64,000 nt of DNA, taken from NCBI GenBank assembly GCA_036273515.1, contig DASUHM010000057.1, positions 1,782 through 65,781 of the forward strand. The letters run 5' to 3'. This stretch comes from Gaiellales bacterium. GTDB taxonomy: Bacteria; Actinomycetota; Thermoleophilia; Gaiellales; JAICJC01. Below the pieces are notes generated by a model. It saw nothing but the letters and a program-made list of their open reading frames with translations. It made no database searches and was not told the DNA's origin. Positions 32,299 to 40,638 of this stretch are shown here, in pieces; within the stretch, counting starts at the first letter, position 1, and each line of letters opens with the position of its first letter. Made by a program: the position numbers and the translations under genes.

Positions 32299-33116
32299 TG
32301 GACGCGCTCACGCGCATCTTCGGGATCGAGAAGCCGCTGATCGCGATGTGCCACCTCGGTGGCCTGCCCGGGCGGCCGCGCCACGACGTCGCCGGCGGGA
32401 TCGACGCGGTGGTCGAGGCGCTGCGGGCCGACGTCACCGCCCTCCAGGACGCGGGCGTCGACGGGCTCCTCTTCTGCAACGAGAACGACCTTCCCTATCT
32501 CACCCGCGTCGGCACGGAGGTGGCGACCGCGATGACCGCCGCGGTGACGGCGCTTCGGCCCGAGATCCGGCTGCCGTTCGGCGTCGACCTGCTGTGGGAC
32601 CCGTTCGCGTCGGTCGCCGTCGCCCGGGCCACCGGTGCGGCGTTCGTGCGCGAGGTGTTCACGGGCGTGTTCGACAGCGACATGGGCCTGCTCGCGCCCG
32701 ATCTCGGCGAGCTGGCCGGCTACCGGCACGCGATCGGGGCCGACGACGTCGCCCTGTTCGGCAACATCACGCCCGAGTTCAGCCGTTCGGTGGCCGGCCG
32801 CAGCGTCGCCGAGCGCGCCCGCGGCGCCGAGTACCTGGGCGTCGACGCGCTCCTGATCAGCGGCCAGGCGGCCGGCGTCGGCGCCGACATGGCCGACCTG
32901 CGCGAGGCCAAGGAGGCCGTCAATCGCATCCCGGTGCTCGCCAACACCGGCGTCAACCACGAGACGGTGGGCAAGGTGCTCGACCTCGTCGACGGCGCGA
33001 TCGTCGGCACGAGCCTCAAGGTCGACGGCGACACCTGGAACCCGGTCGACCGTGACCGCGCGGCGCGGATGGTGGAGCTGGTCGCGGCGGCCCGCGAGGG
33101 GTCGCGGGCGGCGTAG
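32298..33116 (+). CDS. BtpA/SgcQ family TIM-barrel protein
   Basis: 272 aa with PLIAMCHLGGLPG, LLFCNENDLPY, LLISGQAAG and IPVLANTGV, as in the BtpA/SgcQ family. Start overlaps the DeoR stop. Confidence 0.7.
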   Translation: MDALTRIFGIEKPLIAMCHLGGLPGRPRHDVAGGIDAVVEALRADVTALQDAGVDGLLFCNENDLPYLTRVGTEVATAMTAAVTALRPEIRLPFGVDLLWDPFASVAVARATGAAFVREVFTGVFDSDMGLLAPDLGELAGYRHAIGADDVALFGNITPEFSRSVAGRSVAERARGAEYLGVDALLISGQAAGVGADMADLREAKEAVNRIPVLANTGVNHETVGKVLDLVDGAIVGTSLKVDGDTWNPVDRDRAARMVELVAAAREGSRAA

Positions 33117-33118
33117 GC

Positions 33119-34072
33119 ATGGCCCGGAAGATCAAGCTGTTCTTCGCCACCGACGTGCACGGCTCGGAGCAGTGCTTCCGCAAGTTCCTGAACGCCGGCG
33201 CCGCGTACGGGCCGGACGTGATGGTCCTGGGCGGCGACGTGGCCGGCAAGGCCGTGCAGGCGATCGTGCGGGTCGGCGACGACCGCTACCGGTTCACCTT
33301 CCGCGGGCGCGAGCACGACCTGCCGGACGGCGATGAGCTGCGACACGTCGAACGGCTGATCTCCGACAACGGCTACTACCCCTGGCGGTCGGCGCCGGGC
33401 GAGCTGGACGCACGCGTGGCCGACGGGACGGTGGACGCGCTCCTGCTCGAGCTGATGCGCGAGCGCCTGGAGGCGTGGATGGCGCTCGCCGACGAGCGGC
33501 TGCGCCCGCAGGACCTGCCCGCGTTCTGGATGCTCGGGAACGACGACCCGCCCGAGCTCGAGCCGCTGCTCGAGTCCGCGCCGTGGGGGACGCATGCCGA
33601 CGACCGCGTCTGCGACCTCGGCGACGGCCACGCCCTGGTCTCGCTCGGCTACGCCAACGCGACTCCCTGGAACACCCAGCGAGAGCTGCCCGAGGAGGAG
33701 CTCGGCGCCCGCATCGACGCCCTCTTCGCCCAGGTCGAGGATCCCCGCCGGGCCGTCCTGAACGCGCACGTCCCGCCGTACATGAGCGGCCTGGACGAGG
33801 CGCCGGTGCTCGACGAGGGGCTGCGCGTGCAGACCGCGGCCGGACAGGTCAAGATGGGCGCCGTGGGGAGCACCGCCGTCCGCGACGCGATCGAGCGCCA
33901 TCGGCCGATGCTGAGCCTGCACGGCCACGTGCACGAGTCGGCCGGGTTCCGGCGCATCGGCAAGACGCTCGCGGTCAACCCGGGCAGCGACTACGGCACG
34001 GGCGCGCTGAACGGCGCGCTGCTCGTCCTCGACGGCGGCAAGGTGCGGGCGCACCAGCTCGTGCGCGGATGA
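33119..34072 (+). CDS. metallophosphoesterase family protein
   Basis: 317 aa with FFATDVHGS, VLGGDVAGK, LGNDD and LHGHVHE, the calcineurin-like phosphoesterase motifs. Confidence 0.8.
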   Translation: MARKIKLFFATDVHGSEQCFRKFLNAGAAYGPDVMVLGGDVAGKAVQAIVRVGDDRYRFTFRGREHDLPDGDELRHVERLISDNGYYPWRSAPGELDARVADGTVDALLLELMRERLEAWMALADERLRPQDLPAFWMLGNDDPPELEPLLESAPWGTHADDRVCDLGDGHALVSLGYANATPWNTQRELPEEELGARIDALFAQVEDPRRAVLNAHVPPYMSGLDEAPVLDEGLRVQTAAGQVKMGAVGSTAVRDAIERHRPMLSLHGHVHESAGFRRIGKTLAVNPGSDYGTGALNGALLVLDGGKVRAHQLVRG

Positions 34073-35574
34073 GCGCCGGCGGGCCGCTGCTCGCGGCCGT
34101 GGACGTCGGCACGACCGGCGCGCGGGCCGCGGCGATCGATCTGTCCGGAACGCTCGTCGCCGAGGCCCGGCGGCCCTACCGCACGCGCGCCCCGCACCCC
34201 GGCTGGGCCGAGCAGGACGCCGTGGAGTGGGGCGAGCACGCCGTCGCCGCCCTCGCCGCGCTCAGCGCCCGCCTGCCGCACCCGGAGCGGGTGGCCGGGA
34301 TCGGGCTCACCGGCCAGTGCCCGACGGTCGCGCCGATCGGCGCCGACGGGCGCCCGGTCGGCCCGGGGATGCTCTACCGCGACAACCGCGCCGTGGCCGA
34401 GGCGCGGGAGATGCGCGATGCGCTCGGCCCCGCCGCCATGCACGCCCGCACCGGCCACGTCGCCGAGGCGTTCCACATCGGCCCCAAGGTGCTGTGGCTG
34501 CGCCGCCACCTCCCGGACGTCTACGCAGCGACGCGATGGTTCCTGCAGCCGCGCGACGTCGTCCTGCGGCGGCTCACCGGCCGGGTCGCGACCGACGAGA
34601 CCCACGCCGATGCGACGATGTTCTTCGACCTGCGCGCCCGCCGCTGGGCGGACGACCTGCTGCGCCGGTTCGACGTCGATCCGGGGCTGTTCCCCGAGGC
34701 GCTCCCGAGCTGGGAGACGGCCGCGGAGCTGCCGCGCGCCGCCGCCGCCGAGACCGGCCTTCGGGCCGGCATCCCGATCGTGATCGGCGCCGCCGACAGC
34801 CAGTGCGTCGCGTTCGGCGCGGGCGTCGTCGACCCGGGGCCGGTGAGCGAGATGGCGGGCGCGTCGTCGTGCCTCAACTCCGCCGTGACCGAGCCGCTCG
34901 CGGACATCCGCATCACGCACTACAGCCATGTCGTGCCGGAGCGGTTCACGACGGAGCTCGGTCTCAACACCACCGGGGCGGCGATCGACTGGGCGGTGCG
35001 CCGGCTGGGCTACCGCGGCCACGCCGCCCTGGCCGGCGACGCCGAGCGGCTGCGCCGGCGCCTGGGCCGCTCCGGTGCCGATCCCCGCGATCTTGCGCCG
35101 ATCTTCCTGCCCTACCTCGGCGACGGCGAGCGTGACGACCCCGACCTGCGGGGCGCGTTCGTCGGCCTCTCGCTGCGCCACGACCGGCCGGCGCTGGCCT
35201 ACGCCGTGCTCGAGGGGATCGCGTTCGGCGTGTACGGCGCGCTGGCCGACCTCGAGGCCGCCGGATCGCCCGTCGACGAGCTGCGCATCGCCGGCGGCGG
35301 CGGGCGGCTGGCGGCGCTCTCGCAGATCAAGGCCGACGCCCTCGGCCGGCCGGTGCTCGCGCTGCGGTCGGACGCCGCGGCGATCGGGACCGCGCTCCTG
35401 GCCGGAAGCGCCTCCGGGATGGCCGACGAGGTGCCGGCCGCCGTCGCGTCCGTGCTGCGGTCGGCCCGGCGGTACGAGCCGTCCCCGGCGGCGGACGGCC
35501 TACGGGTGCGGCGGGAGTGGTACGAGACGACGCGCGCCGCGGCGGCGGTGCGTGGGGACTGGGGGTCGGGATGA
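34069..35574 (+). CDS. FGGY family carbohydrate kinase (xylulokinase-like)
   Basis: 501 aa with LAAVDVGTTGARA, HPGWAEQD and a C-terminal GGGGR motif. ATGA overlap with the previous gene. Confidence 0.85.
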   Translation: MSAGGPLLAAVDVGTTGARAAAIDLSGTLVAEARRPYRTRAPHPGWAEQDAVEWGEHAVAALAALSARLPHPERVAGIGLTGQCPTVAPIGADGRPVGPGMLYRDNRAVAEAREMRDALGPAAMHARTGHVAEAFHIGPKVLWLRRHLPDVYAATRWFLQPRDVVLRRLTGRVATDETHADATMFFDLRARRWADDLLRRFDVDPGLFPEALPSWETAAELPRAAAAETGLRAGIPIVIGAADSQCVAFGAGVVDPGPVSEMAGASSCLNSAVTEPLADIRITHYSHVVPERFTTELGLNTTGAAIDWAVRRLGYRGHAALAGDAERLRRRLGRSGADPRDLAPIFLPYLGDGERDDPDLRGAFVGLSLRHDRPALAYAVLEGIAFGVYGALADLEAAGSPVDELRIAGGGGRLAALSQIKADALGRPVLALRSDAAAIGTALLAGSASGMADEVPAAVASVLRSARRYEPSPAADGLRVRREWYETTRAAAAVRGDWGSG

Positions 35575-36482
35575 GCGCGCCGGACCACACGCTCGGGATC
35601 AACACCTGCTTCGCCGTCAAGCGCTGGCCCGAGCCGGAGCGATGGGCCGCGATCGTCGCCGACGAGCTCGGCCTGGGGATGGTGCAGCACAGCCTCGACC
35701 TGGTCGACCTGGACGCGGACGCGCCGATCCGCGAGCAGGCCCAGGCGGTCGCGGCGGCGTGCGCCGCCCGCGGGATCGCCGTGCACTCGACGTTCACCGG
35801 CCTCGGCGCGTACGGGCGCAACCTGCTGCTCGACCCCGACCCGGTCCAGCGCCGGCGGGCGGCGGCCTGGTTCCGGCGCGCGGTCGACTTCACGGCGGCC
35901 GCCGGCGGGCGGGCCGCGGGCGGCCACATCGGCGCGTTCAGCGTCGCCGACTGGCGCGACGACGCCCGCCGTGCGCAGCTGTGGGACGGGTTGCGCGCCG
36001 ACCTGGGCGAGCTGGCCGCCTATGCCGGCGAGCGCGGGCTCGAGGCGCTCCTGTTCGAGAACATGGCGGCGCGGCGGGAGCCCTCGACGATCGCCGAGGC
36101 CGAGGAGCTGCTCGCGCCCGCAGGCGACGGTCGCGCCGCGGTCGCGCTGTGCCTCGACGTCGGCCACCAGTGCGTCGTCGGGACGAGCGGGGACGACCGC
36201 GACCCGTACGCCTGGCTGCGGCGGCTGGGTGCCAGCGCCCCCGTGATCCATCTCCAGCAGTCCGACGAGGAGGCCGACCACCACTGGCCGTTCACCGCCG
36301 AGCGCAACGCTCAGGGCCGGATCGACGCCGGCGGGGTGCTCGACGCCCTCGATGCCTCCGGCGCCCGCGAGGTCGCGCTCGTGCTCGAGGTCATCCCCAG
36401 CTTCGAGCAGGACGACGACCTCGTCCTGGCCGAGCTGGTCGAGTCGGCCGAGCACTGGCGGGCGGCGCTCGCGGGCCGTTAG
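35571..36482 (+). CDS. sugar phosphate isomerase/epimerase (xylose isomerase-like TIM barrel)
   Basis: 303 aa with LLFENM, LDVGH and IHLQQSD metal-ligand-type motifs. ATGA overlap with the kinase gene. Confidence 0.75.
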   Translation: MSAPDHTLGINTCFAVKRWPEPERWAAIVADELGLGMVQHSLDLVDLDADAPIREQAQAVAAACAARGIAVHSTFTGLGAYGRNLLLDPDPVQRRRAAAWFRRAVDFTAAAGGRAAGGHIGAFSVADWRDDARRAQLWDGLRADLGELAAYAGERGLEALLFENMAARREPSTIAEAEELLAPAGDGRAAVALCLDVGHQCVVGTSGDDRDPYAWLRRLGASAPVIHLQQSDEEADHHWPFTAERNAQGRIDAGGVLDALDASGAREVALVLEVIPSFEQDDDLVLAELVESAEHWRAALAGR

Positions 36483-36960
36483 GGCGGCGGTTCAGCCAGC
36501 GCCGTTCTGCGTGCCAGCGCCGGAGGGTGCGGCGGCTGGGGGTGTGGGCGGTGCAGGCTTGGCAGGGGTGCGTGTGTGTTGTGTCGAGCGGTGGGGCGCT
36601 GGTGGCGTAGTGGGCTTCGAGGCGGCGGCGCAGGTCGGGCCAGGCGTCGCTGCCTGGCCTTGGGCGGGGTGGTTTGGCGCGGAGCTGGTTGAGGTGGGCA
36701 TCCAGGGCACGATGGCGGGCTGCTGTGAGGCACCCGTTGGCCTGCCACACGCCCATCAGCGTCCGCACGAAGTCTCTGCCGCCGCGTTTGGTCTGGAACG
36801 CCTGGGATGCGTGGCCGGGACACAGCCACACCGACACGCGGTAGCCGAGCCGGATCTCCTCGGTGCGCCCTCTCGTCCTGTCGATGCAGATGGCGCAGAC
36901 GGGCCGCTTCAGCGACGGCAGGTTGCGCGCGTTGTAGAGGGTGGGGAGGGAGTACATCAC
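36391..36960 (-). CDS. hypothetical protein (CxxC...CPGH N-terminal region), orphan in a lower-GC patch
   Basis: 189-aa ORF. The first ~125 aa look protein-like (CAICIDRTRG..WLCPGHASQAF..GRDFVRTL). The tail is Arg/Pro-rich and overlaps the convergent isomerase gene by 92 nt. Confidence 0.4.
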   Translation of the reverse strand: MMYSLPTLYNARNLPSLKRPVCAICIDRTRGRTEEIRLGYRVSVWLCPGHASQAFQTKRGGRDFVRTLMGVWQANGCLTAARHRALDAHLNQLRAKPPRPRPGSDAWPDLRRRLEAHYATSAPPLDTTHTHPCQACTAHTPSRRTLRRWHAERRWLNRRPNGPRAPPASARPTRPARPGRGRRPARSWG

Positions 36961-37148
36961 TTCTGCCAGTGTGAAGGGCTAGATGTCTCCCGTGGGTGAC
37001 GAGGTGTGGCAAGTGCGTCCGGGATCTGCAAATGACACCTGCCAACACCGCCAACTGCCGTTTACCGGCCGGGCCCGTTGCGCAAGCGGAGGCCGCCTCC
37101 GACGGCCGCCTCGCCGCGATCGACGACGACGGCGCTCGCCGCCCGCGC

Positions 37149-38186
37149 CTAGCCGAGGTAGTACACGAGCGCCTCGTAGGCGTGGCGCATGTCGGTGGTG
37201 TCGGTGTGCGGGCGCCGCAGCGTCGTGACGAAGCTTGCGATGTCCGCGAGCGCCCACAGGCGGCGGTAGAGGCCGAGCGCTTCGTGATCGAGCTCGACCG
37301 GGCCGGCGGCGGTGCGGTACTCGGCCCAGCCGGTCAGGTCGTCGTCGAGCACCATCTGCAGGTCGCGCTCGCGCGGGGCGACCAGCGCCGTGTCCCAGTC
37401 GATCAGGTGCAGGCCGCCCTCGTGGTCGCGGATCACGTTGCCGCCGTGGGGCTCGCCGTGCGTCACCACCCAGGCGGCTCGAGTCTCGAGCACCCGGGCC
37501 GCCACCGCGTCGTGGCCGGCCAGCCGCTCGGCCACCTCCTCCGCCCGTGCCGCCAGCAGCGCGCGGGCCGGTTCGGCCCAGGGCCCGGATGTCCACGGCC
37601 GGCCGGCCTCCGCGAGGGCGACCTCGAGCGACGCCCGGGAAGGGATTTGCAGGTCGGCCACCTGGGGCAGACCCGCCGGTACGCGCCCAGTCGCGCCGTG
37701 CAGACGGGCCACGACCGCCGCCACACGGCGCCGGTCGCCGGTCGCATACTCGCCGAACACCCCGGGCTGCCCCGGCACGAGCGGTTCCACCCGCACGGCG
37801 TAGCCGCGGCCGAGCCGGCGCAGCGGCCTGCCCTCGCGGTCGGGGATCTGGGCGACGACGAACTCGAGCCCGCCCAGATCGCGCAGCGCCCTGGCCGTGG
37901 CGTAGGCCCGCTCGAGAGCGGCGAACGCCGCGTCCTCGTCCGTCGCCGCGTGGAACGTCGCGGTCAGGTCGTCGACGCTCACGAACAGCTCCTCGCTCCC
38001 GGCCCGGCAGCGCCAGTGGTGGCTGCCGCCGCCCTCGGGGACATACTCGAGCTCGGCGCCGTGAAGGCGCCAGCTGGCGGCGAGCGCCGCGGCCAGATCG
38101 GCGCGGTCGAGGTCGGCGGGCTCGGTGCGCACCGGCGCACCATAGGCCGGGCCTGTAACGCTCCGGCCGCCCCAGAGACGGAGCAT
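37149..38186 (-). CDS. aminoglycoside/choline-kinase-type phosphotransferase (APH family)
   Basis: VTHGEPHGGNVI (HxxxxN catalytic loop) and LIDWDTA (DxD). Alternative GTG start at 38132. Confidence 0.8.
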   Translation of the reverse strand: MLRLWGGRSVTGPAYGAPVRTEPADLDRADLAAALAASWRLHGAELEYVPEGGGSHHWRCRAGSEELFVSVDDLTATFHAATDEDAAFAALERAYATARALRDLGGLEFVVAQIPDREGRPLRRLGRGYAVRVEPLVPGQPGVFGEYATGDRRRVAAVVARLHGATGRVPAGLPQVADLQIPSRASLEVALAEAGRPWTSGPWAEPARALLAARAEEVAERLAGHDAVAARVLETRAAWVVTHGEPHGGNVIRDHEGGLHLIDWDTALVAPRERDLQMVLDDDLTGWAEYRTAAGPVELDHEALGLYRRLWALADIASFVTTLRRPHTDTTDMRHAYEALVYYLG

Positions 38187-38192
38187 TGCGAG

Positions 38193-38846
38193 ATGCTTAC
38201 GCTCGTGCCGACTCCGGATGCCGACACCCCCGTCGCCGCATCGCCCGAAGACCTGCGCACCGTCGCCGCGATCCTGGCCGGCGACGAGCGCGCGTTCGAG
38301 GGGCTCGTCGACCGCTACAACCCGTCCCTCCTGCGGGTGGCGCAGGGGTACGTGCGCACGCGCAGCGCCGCCGAGGAGGCCGTCCAGGACACGTGGCTCG
38401 GCGTCCTGCGCGGCCTGCCGGCCTTCGAGGGCCGCTCGTCGCTTCGCACCTGGATCTTCCGGATCCTCGTGAACCAGGCGATCACCCGCGGTGTACGCGA
38501 GAGCCGGTCGGTTCCCTTCTCCTCGCTCGGCGAGGAGGAGGCCGCGGTCGACCCCGAGCGGTTTCTGCCGAGCGGCGCGTGGGCCGTGCCGCCGCAGCCG
38601 GTCGACGGCATCCCCGAGGATGTCCTGCTCTCGGCCGAGGCGCGGGCGCTCGTGCTCGCCGCGATCGCAGAGCTCCCGGCCCAGCAACGGCAGGTGATCA
38701 CGCTGCGCGACGTCGAGGGGTGGACGTCGGCGGAGGTGCGCGAGGCGCTCGACCTGTCGGAGGGGAACCAGCGGGTGCTGCTGCACCGGGCCCGGTCGAA
38801 GGTGCGGGCGCGCCTGGAGAGCTACCTCGACGAGGCGGCTGCATGA
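38193..38846 (+). CDS. ECF-type RNA polymerase sigma factor
   Basis: 217 aa. Region 2 (AEEAVQDTWLGVLRGL, RTWIFRILVNQAI) and region 4 (LPAQQRQVITLRDVEGWTSAEVREAL). Confidence 0.9.
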   Translation: MLTLVPTPDADTPVAASPEDLRTVAAILAGDERAFEGLVDRYNPSLLRVAQGYVRTRSAAEEAVQDTWLGVLRGLPAFEGRSSLRTWIFRILVNQAITRGVRESRSVPFSSLGEEEAAVDPERFLPSGAWAVPPQPVDGIPEDVLLSAEARALVLAAIAELPAQQRQVITLRDVEGWTSAEVREALDLSEGNQRVLLHRARSKVRARLESYLDEAAA

Positions 38847-39103
38847 GGCTCCTGCGCCGCAGACACGACCTGGCCTGCCGCGAGGTCGTCGAGCTCGTCA
38901 CCGACTACCTCGAGGGGGCGCTGGACGACCGCGACCGGGAGCGGTTCACGCGCCACCTGGGCGGCTGCGACGGCTGCGCTGCCTACCTCGAACAGATGCG
39001 GGTCACGCTGCGCGTCGCCGGCCGGCTCGAGCCGGAGGCGATCGATCCCGTCTTCCGCGAGCGGCTGATGCAGGCATTCCGCGACTGGGAGGCGGAGCGA
39101 TGA
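38843..39103 (+). CDS. zinc-binding anti-sigma factor (ZAS, RsrA-like, cytoplasmic)
   Basis: 86 aa with C12 and H38-x3-C42-x2-C45 (HLGGCDGC), the same spacing pattern as RsrA. ATGA overlap with the sigma gene. Confidence 0.85.
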   Translation: MRLLRRRHDLACREVVELVTDYLEGALDDRDRERFTRHLGGCDGCAAYLEQMRVTLRVAGRLEPEAIDPVFRERLMQAFRDWEAER

Positions 39104-39801
39104 CGCTCGCGCCTCTACCGGAGGCCTTCGCCGAGACCCGCGACGCGCTGCACCGGCTCGCCGTCTACGTGATCTCGCCCGCGCAGCGGCTGGTGAACGG
39201 CGAGATCATCATGCGGGCGACGCCCGGGGGGTTCTCGACGTTCCCCGTCGACGGCCGCGTGATCGGGGTCGACGGGGCGGAGCTGGTCGTGGACGGCGCC
39301 CGGCAGCCGATCGGCTCGCTGAACGAGGCGGCGCGCATCGTCGGGATCGAGCCGGACGTCGGCCAGGAGGCGCGGTTCGACGTCCCGCCCCACGGCGATC
39401 TCGACGCGCCGCTCGCCGTCGACCCGGAGGCGGCGCGGGCGCTGGGGGAGTGGTTTGCGTTTGCGACCGCCGTGCTCGAGGCAATCCGTGCCGATGCGGC
39501 GGCGGGGGACGACGCATCGATCGTGCGCATCTGGCCCGAGCACTTCGACGCGGCCATCGACACGGGCGACCAGGCGGCCGGCAGGCGGGCCACCTACGGC
39601 GCGTCGCCGGGCGACGGCCACCACGCCGAGCCGTACCTGTACGCGTCTCCCTGGGCGGGCCGGATCGACCCGTTCTTCAACGACCCGGGCTTCCGCGGGG
39701 CCGCGCGCACCTTCTCGCAGCTGATCGCCTCGCCCGACCCCGAGGCGGCTGGAATCGCCTTCCTGCGCGAGGCCTCAGGGCTGGTGCGGCGGCACGCCTG
39801 A
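39100..39801 (+). CDS. hypothetical protein co-transcribed with the sigma/anti-sigma pair
   Basis: 233-aa ORF in ATGA overlap with the anti-sigma stop. Coding-like composition. Confidence 0.6.
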   Translation: MTLAPLPEAFAETRDALHRLAVYVISPAQRLVNGEIIMRATPGGFSTFPVDGRVIGVDGAELVVDGARQPIGSLNEAARIVGIEPDVGQEARFDVPPHGDLDAPLAVDPEAARALGEWFAFATAVLEAIRADAAAGDDASIVRIWPEHFDAAIDTGDQAAGRRATYGASPGDGHHAEPYLYASPWAGRIDPFFNDPGFRGAARTFSQLIASPDPEAAGIAFLREASGLVRRHA

Positions 39802-39839
39802 ACCCGCTGGAATACCCGGCCCCTCCGGCGCGTTATGAT

Positions 39840-39851
39840 TTTGGATCCAAA
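39840..39851. promoter_or_regulatory. perfect 12-bp palindrome TTTGGATCCAAA next to a TATGAT -10-like hexamer upstream of the peroxiredoxin gene
   Basis: Read directly from an AT-rich island in otherwise GC-rich DNA, 34 nt upstream of ATG 39885. Confidence 0.4.
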
Positions 39852-39884
39852 CGTTTTGAGACAGCCTCGAGGGAGGACAAGCAC

Positions 39885-40541
39885 ATGGCGTTGCAGCTGA
39901 ACGACACCGCGCCGGACTTCACGGCCGACACCACCGAGGGCGAGATCAACTTCCACGAGTGGATCGGCGACTCGTGGGCGGTGCTCTTCTCGCACCCGAA
40001 GGACTTCACCCCGATCTGCACCACCGAGCTCGGCTACATGGCCAAGATCAAGCCCGAGTTCGACAAGCGCGACACGAAGATCATCGGTCTCTCCGTCGAC
40101 CCGGTCGAGAAGCACGACGACTGGTTCAAGGACATCGAGGAGACGCAGGGCACCGCGCCGAACTACCCCCTGATCGGCGACAAGGACTTCACGATCTCGA
40201 AGGCCTACGGGATGCTTGCCGCCGACGTGTCCGGCGATGCCGCCGACCGCACGCCGGCCGACAACCAGACGGTCCGCAACGTGTTCATCATCGGCCCGGA
40301 CAAGAAGATCAAGCTGATCCTGGTCTACCCGATGACGACCGGCCGCAACTTCGACGAGGTGCTGCGCGTGCTCGACTCGCTGCAGCTGACCGCGAACCAC
40401 AAGGTCTCGACCCCGGTGAACTGGAACAAGGGCGAGGACGTGGTGATCGCCGGCTCGGTGAACAACGAGCAGGCGAAGGAGATCTTCGGCACCTGGAAGG
40501 AGCCGAAGCCCTACATCCGCATCGTCCCCGACCCCAGCTGA
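39885..40541 (+). CDS. peroxiredoxin (1-Cys Prx6-like)
   Basis: 218 aa with WAVLFSHPKDFTPICTTEL, the peroxidatic Cys motif. GGGAGGA Shine-Dalgarno sequence. Confidence 0.92.
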   Translation: MALQLNDTAPDFTADTTEGEINFHEWIGDSWAVLFSHPKDFTPICTTELGYMAKIKPEFDKRDTKIIGLSVDPVEKHDDWFKDIEETQGTAPNYPLIGDKDFTISKAYGMLAADVSGDAADRTPADNQTVRNVFIIGPDKKIKLILVYPMTTGRNFDEVLRVLDSLQLTANHKVSTPVNWNKGEDVVIAGSVNNEQAKEIFGTWKEPKPYIRIVPDPS

Positions 40542-40550
40542 GCCTCCGGC

Positions 40551-40586
40551 GCCCGCCCGGCGCGCCATGCCGGGCGGGCGTTTCTT
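40551..40586 (+). terminator. intrinsic terminator after the peroxiredoxin gene
   Basis: Perfect 11-bp stem GCCCGCCCGGC / GCCGGGCGGGC with a 7-nt loop, followed by TTTCTT. Confidence 0.75.
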
Positions 40587-40613
40587 GACTCCGAAGATAT
40601 GCGCGCTTATGAT
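40585..40613 (+). promoter_or_regulatory. near-consensus sigma-70-type promoter (TTGACT-17 nt-TATGAT) for the SRPBCC-MarR operon
   Basis: -35 at 40585..40590 and -10 at 40608..40613. GATATGCGC direct repeats overlap it. AAGGAG Shine-Dalgarno sequence before ATG 40639. Confidence 0.6.
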
Positions 40614-40638
40614 ATGCGCACATACAAAAGGAGAAGCC

